Shown: piece by piece, positions 47,585 through 57,328 of the stretch
How the letters are laid out: each line of letters starts with the position of its first letter
Numbering within the stretch: the stretch's first letter is position 1
Assembly (NCBI GenBank): GCA_019058445.1
Contig: JAHPZA010000006.1
Span: 960,001 to 1,024,000, forward strand
DNA: 64,000 nucleotides
Direction: 5' to 3'
Origin: Promethearchaeota archaeon
Lineage (GTDB): Archaea; Asgardarchaeota; Lokiarchaeia; Sigyniarchaeales; SOKP01
The notes under the pieces: generated by a model
Databases searched by the model: none
Told to the model about the DNA's origin: nothing
The model's input: the letters and a program-made list of their open reading frames with translations, nothing else
Program-made: the position numbers and the translations under genes

Positions 47585-48244
47585 TTATATTCCAATTATT
47601 TTTTTGATGTCGTCTTCGGTTAGTGCAAGCGTGTTTTCCGCGTCGACTTTTTTCACTAATCCTTTTTTTTCATAGTATTCGATTACGGGTTTGGCATTTT
47701 TTTCATAGGTGTCTAACCGGTTTTTAAGGGTTTCTTCGGTGTCATCGCTTCTCTGAATAAACTCTATTTCAGCTCCACATTTATCGCACTTCCATTTGTT
47801 CTCCCCTATTTGGACTTTAGGCTGGAGTGTGTATTTGTTGTAAATCTCGCCGCACTCAGGGCAGCCGAACCTTCCGAGGATCCTTTTTGTGATTATATCT
47901 CTGCCAATTTCCAGCAAGAGCAATATATCTACTTCAGATATTGTTGATAATGCTTCACTTTGCGCTAAGGTTCTTGGAAAACCATCTAGCAAAAATCCAT
48001 GCTGCTTAACATCATCCTGATTTAACCTATCCCGCACCATATCAATCACTACATCATCCGGAACGAGTTCGCCTTTATCCATGTACCCTTTAGCTTTTAG
48101 ACCTAAAGGTGTTTGATTCTTTAAATTTTCGCGAAAAATATCGCCAGTGCTTATATGAGCAATGTTTGGTAATACTCGTTTGATTTGCCCCGAAAAGGTC
48201 CCTTTACCCGCGCCAGGGGGGCCAAATAATATTAATTTTTTCAT
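47585..48244 (-). CDS. adk: Adenylate kinase (long type with CxxC..CxxC LID)
   Basis: GPPGAGKGT, HISTGDIFR, GELVPD, LDGFPRT, QRSDD. Confidence 0.97.
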   Translation of the reverse strand: MKKLILFGPPGAGKGTFSGQIKRVLPNIAHISTGDIFRENLKNQTPLGLKAKGYMDKGELVPDDVVIDMVRDRLNQDDVKQHGFLLDGFPRTLAQSEALSTISEVDILLLLEIGRDIITKRILGRFGCPECGEIYNKYTLQPKVQIGENKWKCDKCGAEIEFIQRSDDTEETLKNRLDTYEKNAKPVIEYYEKKGLVKKVDAENTLALTEDDIKKIIGI

Positions 48245-48442
48245 ATCTATCATTCAAATCTAATTTAAGTTATAAAATTAGTATCATTTAATTGTCAAAA
48301 AGATTTAAAATTTATAATCTTACATCCTACTATTCATCAATTTTTTTTTTAGAAAAATAAACCGTAAAATCGGAAAAATAAATTAAAATTTAGTTTGAGA
48401 AATGATTTAATCTATTATTTTTATTGAATAAACTTTCCGAAG

Positions 48443-49360
48443 TCACACCGAAAGCAATAAGGAGGGGGCATGTGGATAACGTAAGAGAAATTCGATAAAT
48501 TTCGATAAATTTTTGACATTTTGATAAACATTTTCATTTTTTATTTTAAAATACTCGAAAAAATCATCTATGCTATTTTTTTTATCGGATGGGGCTTCAG
48601 AAATGATTTTTTTTACCTCCTCAAAATCGAACGAATTTAGCAATTTAAAATTATAATTATTAGCATATTCAGATAACAGGAAAAGATAATAAACGCTTAC
48701 ATCCCAAGGATTTAAAAATAGAGAAGGTTTATTCCCATCTTCTGCATTTTCCCCTCTAGTTAAAAATGTATCTGTTGTTTGTGGGACCACCATATTGAAA
48801 GTAATATTGTCTTTTTTAAACTCCTTAGTGAGTGCTTTCATCAATCCAACTAACCCATACTCTGCTATAATATATGGTAGACGGAAAGGTCTGGTAATTG
48901 CCATGGTGGCTAAAAAATACATACTTCCTGTTAAGACGAATCTAGCTTTATCTTTTTTATCATCAATTTTTAAATAAGGATATGAAGCTCTAAAAGTATA
49001 ATAAACACCCATAATATGGACATCTAAAATTTTCCGGAATACATTAAGATCATAGGTTAATGAAGGCTGGGTATCATGCCATCCTGCATTTGCTACAACT
49101 CCATTTAAAGGCCCGAGGTCTTCATGAAAATTCTTAAAAATAGTTTTAACTTGTACAAGGTCAGTAATATCTCCCTCATGAACAGAAATCTTAACTCCAG
49201 TATTTATTTTTTCAATTTCATTCTTGACCTTATTTAAGTCACCTAAGGTACGTGAAGTTAATCCAATATTCGCACCTTCTTTAGCGCACAATAATGCAAT
49301 ATATTTACCGATTCCTCGGCCTGAACCTGTTATAGCGATATTTTTATTTTCTAATAACAT
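48443..49360 (-). CDS. Short-chain dehydrogenase/reductase (atypical active site)
   Basis: TGSGRGIG, VANAG; YxxxK appears as YIIAE. Confidence 0.85.
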   Translation of the reverse strand: MLLENKNIAITGSGRGIGKYIALLCAKEGANIGLTSRTLGDLNKVKNEIEKINTGVKISVHEGDITDLVQVKTIFKNFHEDLGPLNGVVANAGWHDTQPSLTYDLNVFRKILDVHIMGVYYTFRASYPYLKIDDKKDKARFVLTGSMYFLATMAITRPFRLPYIIAEYGLVGLMKALTKEFKKDNITFNMVVPQTTDTFLTRGENAEDGNKPSLFLNPWDVSVYYLFLLSEYANNYNFKLLNSFDFEEVKKIISEAPSDKKNSIDDFFEYFKIKNENVYQNVKNLSKFIEFLLRYPHAPSLLLSV

Positions 49361-49582
49361 ATTATTTCCTTATTTTTTTCATTCTTTTGAATTTCTTAGA
49401 TAAATAATCTGTTTGATTATTTATAGATTTGCGAGTATAATAAAATTTAAAATTGAATTAAGCTCCAAAAACTGATCCCAAATTTATAATCTAATATCTA
49501 ATTATAATTCAACAACAAAAAATAAGGATTATTTATTGAGATTAACGGAGATTAAGATTTTTTTACCAAAAACAGGTATCTT

Positions 49583-50371
49583 ATGAAGGTAAATAAAAGA
49601 CAAGAAGTATATAAAACTCATCGCAAAAAGGAGCTTTATATCTATATTTTTGAATCTGAAAAGCGAAATGGAAATGAACTTTTATCCGCTATCGTGTTTT
49701 TTCATGGCGGCGGTTGGTTTAGCGGAAGCCCTATGCAGTTTTTCCCGCATTGCGAGTATTTCGCCAAACGAGGTATGATCGCTTTTTCGGCAGAATATCG
49801 TATAAGAAGTAAACATAGAACATCACCAATAGAAAGCGTAATCGACGGAAAATCAGTTATTTGCTGGATTCGGAATCATTCATTAGAGTTAGGAATTGAT
49901 TCGAATAAAATTATCGCAGCAGGAGGATCAGCAGGAGGACATGTAGCCTTATGTAGTGCAATAATTGAAGGATATGAGCCAGAGTCTATTGATTGCCCTA
50001 TGGGTTCAAAGCCAAATGCTCTAGTATTATTTAATCCCGTAGTCGATACGGTGTCAGATCCACGAATAGCGGGTTTAATTAAAGGAGATGCTATGGATAT
50101 ATCACCCATACATCATATCAAAAAAGATCTCCCACCAATTATCATATTTCATGGAACCAGTGATAAAATTATCCCCTTTAAGGATGTGGAACTCTTTAGT
50201 ACCAAAGTGAAGGAAATGGGGAATTTCTGCGAACTTGTAGCATTTGAGAGAAAAGGACATGCATTTTTTAATTATGGTGTGTACAAGAATAAACCTTATT
50301 ACGAGACAGTCCGAGCAACTGACAAATTTCTTAGTGTTTTAGGTTACTTAAAGAGTGAACCCGTAATATAG
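49583..50371 (+). CDS. Alpha/beta hydrolase, HSL/esterase type
   Basis: HGGGW, GGSAGGH, HGTSD, GHAFFN. Confidence 0.9.
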   Translation: MKVNKRQEVYKTHRKKELYIYIFESEKRNGNELLSAIVFFHGGGWFSGSPMQFFPHCEYFAKRGMIAFSAEYRIRSKHRTSPIESVIDGKSVICWIRNHSLELGIDSNKIIAAGGSAGGHVALCSAIIEGYEPESIDCPMGSKPNALVLFNPVVDTVSDPRIAGLIKGDAMDISPIHHIKKDLPPIIIFHGTSDKIIPFKDVELFSTKVKEMGNFCELVAFERKGHAFFNYGVYKNKPYYETVRATDKFLSVLGYLKSEPVI

Positions 50372-50450
50372 CATTCAATTGTAGGATTAAAAAATATAAC
50401 AACAATAAAGGAAAAAAAAGGAAGTTTAAGATTTTTTTATTATATTTTAA

Positions 50451-50780
50451 TTATTCGGGCATTTTCATACCAATCATTTCCAAGGCTTCTACTGCTTTAG
50501 CACGAACTTCAATGTTATAACTATATCCTCCACCTATATCATGGAACTTTGTCATATATTTTTGTATTATTTGCAGAAATTTACCTAAATTGCTTTCTTC
50601 TACATCATCCACACTTACAACTTCTATATAGTCTTTTCTTGCCTTTACTGCATTTGGAATGAGTTCTTTTCTCAATCCTCTTACTTGGGAATTGTATTCT
50701 TTAACGGTACTAACCCAAATTTTTGCAGATTCAGCAGCCTTATTATAAGGAAGATATGAAGTTACAAATACATATGGCAT
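50451..50780 (-). CDS. Hypothetical protein (109 aa), paralog A
   Basis: MPYV start after RBS gaggtga; about 42% identical to 51019..51345. Confidence 0.8.
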   Translation of the reverse strand: MPYVFVTSYLPYNKAAESAKIWVSTVKEYNSQVRGLRKELIPNAVKARKDYIEVVSVDDVEESNLGKFLQIIQKYMTKFHDIGGGYSYNIEVRAKAVEALEMIGMKMPE

Positions 50781-50841
50781 ACTTTTCACCTCTTCTTTAA
50801 TTTTGAATTTACTACAGATGGATTTCGTAGTGATAGACAAT
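50781..50841 (-). promoter_or_regulatory. Conserved leader with ACTAC-N11-GTAGT hairpin, copy A
   Basis: 56/61 nt identical to 51346..51406. Confidence 0.6.
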
Positions 50842-51018
50842 ATGATAGTATGGTATTTATATTTTATATTTTCGTTAATTATTCACAAAAACAAATTTCT
50901 TATAACTTAAGACTATAAAGATGATAGATAAGAATAAAAGTAGTTTTTGGTTTAAGACATTATTAAAACTTAAAAAAAAGGAAATTTTAGTTTATGAAAT
51001 TACTCTATGATTTTTTAA

Positions 51019-51345
51019 TTATTCTGGCATTTTCAATCCCACTAAATTTAGGGCTTCTGTTACAGTAAATCGAACTTCCGATGTATGTTGAAATCCTTCA
51101 ATACCGTGATAATTCAGCATTAATTTTCCATGAAATAATAAAAATTCATCCAATTTACCCTCTTTTACCTCAAGAACACTTGTGGCTTCTATACCTTCCA
51201 TACTTACCTTTAAAGCATTAGGTACGACTTCCTTTGCTAAAGGTTTTAACTGGGTTCTATATTCTTTGTAAGATTCAAGATAGGCTTTCGCAACTTCGTC
51301 TGTTTTATTTAGTGGATATCTAACATAAGATAATACATATGGCAT
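51019..51345 (-). CDS. Hypothetical protein (108 aa), paralog B
   Basis: MPYV..PNA.K..EVR..EAL..GxKMPE shared with paralog A. Confidence 0.8.
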   Translation of the reverse strand: MPYVLSYVRYPLNKTDEVAKAYLESYKEYRTQLKPLAKEVVPNALKVSMEGIEATSVLEVKEGKLDEFLLFHGKLMLNYHGIEGFQHTSEVRFTVTEALNLVGLKMPE

Positions 51346-51406
51346 ACTTTTCACCTCTTATTTAATTTTTAATTTACTACAAATGGATTTCGTAGTGAGA
51401 TACAAT
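51346..51406 (-). promoter_or_regulatory. Conserved leader with ACTAC-N11-GTAGT hairpin, copy B
   Basis: mRNA ACUACGAA-AUCCA-UUUGUAGU forms an 8-bp stem. Confidence 0.6.
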
Positions 51407-51509
51407 TCATTTTTTTATTATTTAAGGTTTTACATTTGTGTCAATGGTTTTCATACATTTCTAATACCTAAAAAGAATTAAAAGAAGAAGAATAAAAAAG
51501 CTGTAAAAT

Positions 51510-52466
51510 TTAAGACTTAAAATTCAAAAACTTCTCGGCATTTTTCCCTAATAAATTTTTTATTTCCCTTTGTTTGAACTTTAATCCAAATTCCTTCGCT
51601 GATTCAGGAATATTTTTAATCCATTCGACCCAATTCTTTTGATCCATGAATGACTCTAGATAAGGCCAATCCGTTCCGAACATAAGTCTATCCTTAACCG
51701 CAGGTCCTAAGAAAGCGGGAGTATCGAAAACATACCTTAGTGTTTTAAGAAAGTTATCAGGCATTATGAGAGCTTGGGCTTGATATCCTGAAATTTCAGC
51801 GTAAATATTAGGTCTTGAGACCATAATTTCGACACATTTCATGGTATAGCTTAAGCTCCCGAAATGAATTAATAAAATTTTCAAATCCGGGAATTTTGCT
51901 GCAAGAGTATCAAGATATATTGGATCCGCGTATTTAGACATGAAGGGAGCAGTGATAAGCGTAGCAGTATGGGAACATACGGGAACATCTAATTCAATGC
52001 ATTTTTCATAAAGCGGAAAAAAGGCTGGGTCATCAGGATAATAACCAGCCGTGGGATGGAATTTTACTCCTTTCATACTCCATTTCGTTACTGCTTTTTC
52101 AACTAATTTAACGGCCTTTTCACCTCTTCGAGGATCAACTGCACAGAGGGTATATAATTTATCAGGATATTGTGCTGCTTCTTTGGCAACCCATTCATTA
52201 ATTTCCTCTATTGTCCATTTTGCCTCTCCAACATCGGAGTTCATACCCCAGTCAACCGCCATAATAAGAGATTTATCTATCCTCGCTTCTTCCATCGCCT
52301 GCACGTGAGCTTCAGCATTGCAGGCATAAACTAATGGGAGTACTTTTTCATAGACTACTTCTTTGGTGAGATTCATCGCTTTTGAAAATAAATTTGCATA
52401 ATATTCATAACACTTATCGGAACTACAATTTTTATGAATAATATGTCCATGAGTGCTTATTATCAT
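51510..52466 (-). CDS. Amidohydrolase family 2 protein
   Basis: THGH, GVKFHP, SHT, IHFG, MFGTDWP. Confidence 0.9.
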   Translation of the reverse strand: MIISTHGHIIHKNCSSDKCYEYYANLFSKAMNLTKEVVYEKVLPLVYACNAEAHVQAMEEARIDKSLIMAVDWGMNSDVGEAKWTIEEINEWVAKEAAQYPDKLYTLCAVDPRRGEKAVKLVEKAVTKWSMKGVKFHPTAGYYPDDPAFFPLYEKCIELDVPVCSHTATLITAPFMSKYADPIYLDTLAAKFPDLKILLIHFGSLSYTMKCVEIMVSRPNIYAEISGYQAQALIMPDNFLKTLRYVFDTPAFLGPAVKDRLMFGTDWPYLESFMDQKNWVEWIKNIPESAKEFGLKFKQREIKNLLGKNAEKFLNFKS

Positions 52467-52503
52467 AACAAATCACTATTACTTTAACATTTAGTAAAAT
52501 AAA

Positions 52504-54291
52504 CTATTCAATTACAGGTATATCAATATAAGATGCGTGAAATTTATTTCTTTTTATATTATATGTAGGGATACCTTCCTCAGGATAGCGGTTAAAAGTA
52601 TCCTTATCTGCTCCTGCTATTGCAACTCGTATTCTATGCCCTTTTCGGATTAAAACCGAAGTTGGTAAAAATCCAAAAGAGATTTGCATAATTTCTTCTG
52701 GTACTACGGGTTTTGCATCCTTCTTTCTAAATGAGTGATGTGGAACTGTAATTTTATAAGGAGGTTCTTCTGTAGAGATTTTTCGATGAATAAGGCGTAA
52801 TTGTCCTTCAGTGATATAAATCACTTTGCCTTTCTCATCAACATCTTCTAAATAAGCAAAGATTGCGCCATCATCGTGGGTAGAAGTCATATATAAGGTA
52901 ATGATTGCGTGTCCAGTTATTTCTATATTATTATCTAAGGGGATACTTGTTAAGGTTAGTAATTTCTCATCAATTTTAGCTCTATCTGGCATCTTTAACT
53001 TCTGGTCATAATGCACATGCCAACGATTCCCCGTCCCGGTGGATACATCAAAATCTACTTTATAGGTATTCTCCCCTACTTCGCTCTGAGGTTTCTTTTG
53101 CGATAACTCATTATTATCAGAGAAATACCATCTTTCCATAGTATGTCCTGCAGGAGGCCAAATTCCTGTTCGTTTCCATTTTTCTTCCCCCATGGTATAA
53201 TAATATAAGGCTTTTTCGGTAAATTTATCGTTAATACATAGCTCAAAGAAATCAAGCCGAGCCTTTTGCTGGACTGTTTGATCCATAGGGAGTTTATATT
53301 TTTTATAAAAGAAGGGATTTGTTTTTCGGATAATTTCATGATCCCAATCACCGATAATTGCCCTCATGGGATTGTTATACGTCATGAAACGTTTAATGAT
53401 ATGATCTGAGACAGCAGCATCCAACCAGCCACCCCATACACAAAAGGGGACATTATATCTTTCTATTTTCTTCTTTTGAGTAAATACACTGACAGCATCA
53501 ATTGTATCCCTATAGTTGACTTCAAGTTCAACTTCATGAACATAGATATTTTTTTCATGTTCTTTCACGGCTTCTTTTAGGAGTTTTTTTCCTTTATCAG
53601 ATTCTACGGGCTTCACTCCTTTTGCCAAATAAAAAAGAGGAGGATGCAGGGTAAGAAAACTTTTACTTTTATTTTGGTCCAAACCTTTATCAAGTTCTCC
53701 CCAATCTGTCATAAAATAATGATTATATACCCCTCCAGGGAGTCCAACTTCTAAATAAGTGTCCCATTGGCTGCTCATTGGAAGCACTCCTTTTAAACAG
53801 CCATTTGTGTGTTTTAAGGTTGCTAAATATTCAGCAGCAGTTCCTAAATAGGATACTCCCATTGATACTATATTTCCATTTGACCATGGTTGTTGAATTA
53901 TCCAATCAGTTATTTCTCGACCATCTTTTACCTCATTTGCGGACCAAGGCCACGGTCTGGTACCGAATGAGGCTCCAGTGCCCCTCACATCTACTTTAAC
54001 AAAAGCATAACCCCGTTCTATACCGAGTTTATGAAGGTGTTTACTATACCCAAAGCTATAGTCATTCATAAACCATTTGAAAGGAATTCTCAAATCATAA
54101 TCCCTCCAATACCGAGTTTGTAATAAGATAGCAGGAAGCTTATCTTTAACTGAGAGATTTTTGGGTAAGAGAACTTCGACGGCAATTTTTACACCGTCCC
54201 TCATTGTTAGATAATAAGAACTTTTTTTTATCCCCTTAAAGTTTACTTCTCGTCGAGGAACATTTTCAAAATAAAAAGGATTGACTTCCAT
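52504..54291 (-). CDS. CocE/NonD family serine hydrolase
   Basis: MRDGVKIA, QTRY, DVRGTGASFG, QPWSNG, GVSYLG, GWLD, GDWDH, ITEGQLR. Confidence 0.9.
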   Translation of the reverse strand: MEVNPFYFENVPRREVNFKGIKKSSYYLTMRDGVKIAVEVLLPKNLSVKDKLPAILLQTRYWRDYDLRIPFKWFMNDYSFGYSKHLHKLGIERGYAFVKVDVRGTGASFGTRPWPWSANEVKDGREITDWIIQQPWSNGNIVSMGVSYLGTAAEYLATLKHTNGCLKGVLPMSSQWDTYLEVGLPGGVYNHYFMTDWGELDKGLDQNKSKSFLTLHPPLFYLAKGVKPVESDKGKKLLKEAVKEHEKNIYVHEVELEVNYRDTIDAVSVFTQKKKIERYNVPFCVWGGWLDAAVSDHIIKRFMTYNNPMRAIIGDWDHEIIRKTNPFFYKKYKLPMDQTVQQKARLDFFELCINDKFTEKALYYYTMGEEKWKRTGIWPPAGHTMERWYFSDNNELSQKKPQSEVGENTYKVDFDVSTGTGNRWHVHYDQKLKMPDRAKIDEKLLTLTSIPLDNNIEITGHAIITLYMTSTHDDGAIFAYLEDVDEKGKVIYITEGQLRLIHRKISTEEPPYKITVPHHSFRKKDAKPVVPEEIMQISFGFLPTSVLIRKGHRIRVAIAGADKDTFNRYPEEGIPTYNIKRNKFHASYIDIPVIE

Positions 54292-54397
54292 ATAATCGCC
54301 AATAATTTTCTTTAGAATCAATATAATGATATTTAAAATCTATTGAGTTAAAATGTGTTAAAGACATTTATATAAATTTGGAATAAAGATTATTTTG

Positions 54398-55624
54398 TTA
54401 AGAAGTAATGCCAAAATGAAAATCGGCAAAATCAAGGTATCTTTCCCAGTCGTAATTAAGTACATCATGACCTCCTTCCCGGATATGATACCCTATTGTG
54501 GAGAGAATTGGTTGATGAATTCCCGGCATTTCATTAGTGTTAAGACCATCAGTTCCTAGCACTTTATAAACTAAATCCGCGTATTTAGCCGAGAGAAATT
54601 CACCTCGTGGATCAGACCAAAGATCTTTTTCAGCACTCGCAACATAAACAGGTCTTGGAGCTATCAAAGAAAGCAACATATGCTGATCCACAGGGAGTTG
54701 TTCTTCATTATCGTTATATCGTTTAAAATGCTCACAGAACCAATGAGGAAATTGATAATTGATATGCGATATAGTTTCCCCGAATTTTCGACGGTATAAT
54801 GCAGCACCCCCACATCCCGAATTATTAGAAATTACAATTGCAAATCGCGGATCATTTGCTCCCGCCCATAATGCGGTTTTTCCTAGTCGCGAATGGCCCA
54901 TCACAATTACACGCCTATTATCTATATCATCATCATTTTCAAAATAGTCCATTGCTCGTTGTAGACCCCAGGCCCATGCGCCGATTGTGCCCCACTCATC
55001 AGCAGCTGGCTTGGTTTGTCTTTTTGTATAAAATAAGGGATGTACTCCGTTTTGAAACCCGTCATCAAAATCCGGGTCAATATCACCACAATATATGGTA
55101 GATAGCCCATATCCTCGGTCAATGATAAATTCAATGGGCCATTTAGAGGAACGAACTCCTCGTGATTTTTCTGTAGCTCTATGTTTTACGATTCCAAGAG
55201 CAATTTTTGTAGGCATCCACTGCTTTGATAAAGAAATATTTGGATCGTGATAAATGGAATGATTTCCAAAAAAATTTAACCCAATAAAGGTGGAAATTGG
55301 TTTTGGTTGAACATTAGGAAGATACATGAGCATGTCCATTTGCAACTCGAGGTGATTATTTTCCAAAACGATAGCAATTTCCTTACGAGTTGCCTTACCC
55401 TTAAGCGCATTTTTATCTATGGATGTAATCTTAAACGATATCTTTTCGGGTTTTCCAGGCATTTTTCCGTACATATGCTGCTCAAATAATTCAAGAAGTT
55501 CGGGTCTTCGTTTCTCGAACCATAGTCTTTCGTCATCGATTTTTGTCCCATCAATACAAGTAAGAGGATCAGGAAGACCATACTCTGGAACGTTAGTTTC
55601 TTTAAAATTTACATCTAATCCCAA
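54398..55624 (-). CDS. Glucuronoyl esterase-like protein (CE15)
   Basis: AWAWGLQRAMDY, GHSRLGK, SGCGGAAL, GET, FPHWF, DQHMLLSLIAPRP. Confidence 0.88.
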   Translation of the reverse strand: MGLDVNFKETNVPEYGLPDPLTCIDGTKIDDERLWFEKRRPELLELFEQHMYGKMPGKPEKISFKITSIDKNALKGKATRKEIAIVLENNHLELQMDMLMYLPNVQPKPISTFIGLNFFGNHSIYHDPNISLSKQWMPTKIALGIVKHRATEKSRGVRSSKWPIEFIIDRGYGLSTIYCGDIDPDFDDGFQNGVHPLFYTKRQTKPAADEWGTIGAWAWGLQRAMDYFENDDDIDNRRVIVMGHSRLGKTALWAGANDPRFAIVISNNSGCGGAALYRRKFGETISHINYQFPHWFCEHFKRYNDNEEQLPVDQHMLLSLIAPRPVYVASAEKDLWSDPRGEFLSAKYADLVYKVLGTDGLNTNEMPGIHQPILSTIGYHIREGGHDVLNYDWERYLDFADFHFGITS

Positions 55625-55743
55625 GTTATATCCCCTAAGAAAGCAATCTATAATTTAATAAATTTCCTCAATAGTTATTATTTATCTAATATTTCTAATA
55701 ATTGCTTGGTTTTATAAAAAATTTTAATAAAAGGGAAAAGTAT

Positions 55744-56148
55744 ATGAAAGTAAACCTCCATCATGCCCATTTATTCGCATCAAACTTAGATGAAAGCCTC
55801 CGATTTTATAAAAATATGTTCGGAGCAGAAATACTCTTCGATTTAGAAGTGGCAGGTGCTCGGAATGTAATGATATCGATAGGGACTTCTAAAATTAATT
55901 TCTATGATCAACCACCGAAAGACAAGGAGCGCGGTGTGGTTCATCACTTAGGGATTGAGACCAATGATTTAGAAGCTTTGGTAGCGCATATGAAGAGTAA
56001 AGGATTTGAGTTCAGAAAGTCGATTAAAAATCTAGGAATGTTAAAATATGTCATGGCGGAGGGCCCCGATCATGTACTCTTTGAACTTTTTGAAGTAATA
56101 AAAGATAAACTATCTGAGGATCAATATAAATTAATTTCTACTTTCTGA
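55744..56148 (+). CDS. VOC/glyoxalase family protein
   Basis: LHHAHL..SLRFY, HHLGI, GPDHVLFELFE. Confidence 0.88.
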   Translation: MKVNLHHAHLFASNLDESLRFYKNMFGAEILFDLEVAGARNVMISIGTSKINFYDQPPKDKERGVVHHLGIETNDLEALVAHMKSKGFEFRKSIKNLGMLKYVMAEGPDHVLFELFEVIKDKLSEDQYKLISTF

Positions 56149-56154
56149 TAAAGA

Positions 56155-56745
56155 TTAAAGCTGGGTTGCATACCCGTTATCCACTCTTTTTAATAAATAT
56201 CTTACAGAACGCTTCTCTTTTAAGGTAAAAAATGTAGCAAAATTGCGTGTTATAGTAGATCCATAATAAGAATTTCCAAAAAAGGTATCTACACTCTTGA
56301 TAGTGTTTAACATATATTTTTTATTTCCTTGATGGAGGTATATTGAAATGTCATTAATTATCAAAATAGAAGTAGGATTTTCATTAAATATTTCCAAAAC
56401 TTCATGAGCTTTCTTATAATTAAGGAGGGCATTTTGATATAGTTCTTTCTTATTATGTGCATTTAAGCGGGGTGGTATGATTTCCCCTTCAAAAGATATA
56501 TTATTACACTCACTTGATCTATCATAAAAATCTTCAATTTTACCTCCGATTTTTAAATTCTTGATTATACTTAATTTGGGAGCAAAATCTAAAATAGTAA
56601 TCTCTTTTGGATTAAGGTTTTTCGATTCTATGAGGAATTCAATAAATTTTGCGGTAAAATAGGTCTTTTTTGTATTCGTTTCGCCATATAAAATCGTCGA
56701 ATATCCAATAAATCGGTTTAAATCCAAATCCTCATGGAATATCAT
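56155..56745 (-). CDS. P-loop-like hypothetical protein with a degenerate Walker A
   Basis: ILYGETNTKKT, ILDFAP, ILIIND. Confidence 0.6.
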   Translation of the reverse strand: MIFHEDLDLNRFIGYSTILYGETNTKKTYFTAKFIEFLIESKNLNPKEITILDFAPKLSIIKNLKIGGKIEDFYDRSSECNNISFEGEIIPPRLNAHNKKELYQNALLNYKKAHEVLEIFNENPTSILIINDISIYLHQGNKKYMLNTIKSVDTFFGNSYYGSTITRNFATFFTLKEKRSVRYLLKRVDNGYATQL

Positions 56746-56776
56746 AAAAATTACAAAAAAAATCAAATTTTAATAT

Positions 56777-57328
56777 TTAAAAATAATCTTCCCAAGAAAT
56801 TCCTGCCCTTCTTAGGATTTTAAGCATAATAAATCCTAGGATACACCCAGGAATACAACTCGCAGCGAATAAGCCCCAGTAAATAAACAATCCTTCAATA
56901 CCACCTATTGGTGCGATAAGTTGTGCGATAGTTCCACCGATAAATACCGTTCCGATGGGCTCAGTTAAAGCAGCAAATTCTACTTTTTCAGGTTTCTTTT
57001 TTCTCAAAATATATGCTGATGTTCCAACTACCACCGCACCAGAAATACCGCCATGGAAAGCGTGAATTGTGCCAATTCCGAATGCAAACCTTAAGATAGC
57101 TATACCTAAAGCAACTATACAAGAGAAAGTGAGTCCTATTAAGACTCCTGTTAACGCATTGATGAAATGTACAAAAGGATTAATTTTGGTTCCGAATAGG
57201 AAAAAATAGGCAAATGGGTTTAGAAAACTCAGTACTAACCCGACAGCTATGAAAATCCCCGCAGTTGCTACTCGTTTCGTCAACTCATTTTGGATCATTG
57301 CTTTTTTTTCGGTGCTTTCATCATTCAA
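56777..57328 (-). CDS. thiW: ECF transporter S component, ThiW-like
   Basis: PFVHFINALTGVLIG, LRFAFGIGTIHAFHGG, EPIGTVFIG. Confidence 0.8.
   Translation of the reverse strand: MNDESTEKKAMIQNELTKRVATAGIFIAVGLVLSFLNPFAYFFLFGTKINPFVHFINALTGVLIGLTFSCIVALGIAILRFAFGIGTIHAFHGGISGAVVVGTSAYILRKKKPEKVEFAALTEPIGTVFIGGTIAQLIAPIGGIEGLFIYWGLFAASCIPGCILGFIMLKILRRAGISWEDYF

Noticed and set aside
41621-47659. CRISPR array or classical integron as the explanation for the repeats
   Set aside because: Spacing is 1-2.5 kb, copy lengths vary, the repeat is adk coding/terminator sequence, and no cas or intI genes or attC-like palindromes are visible.
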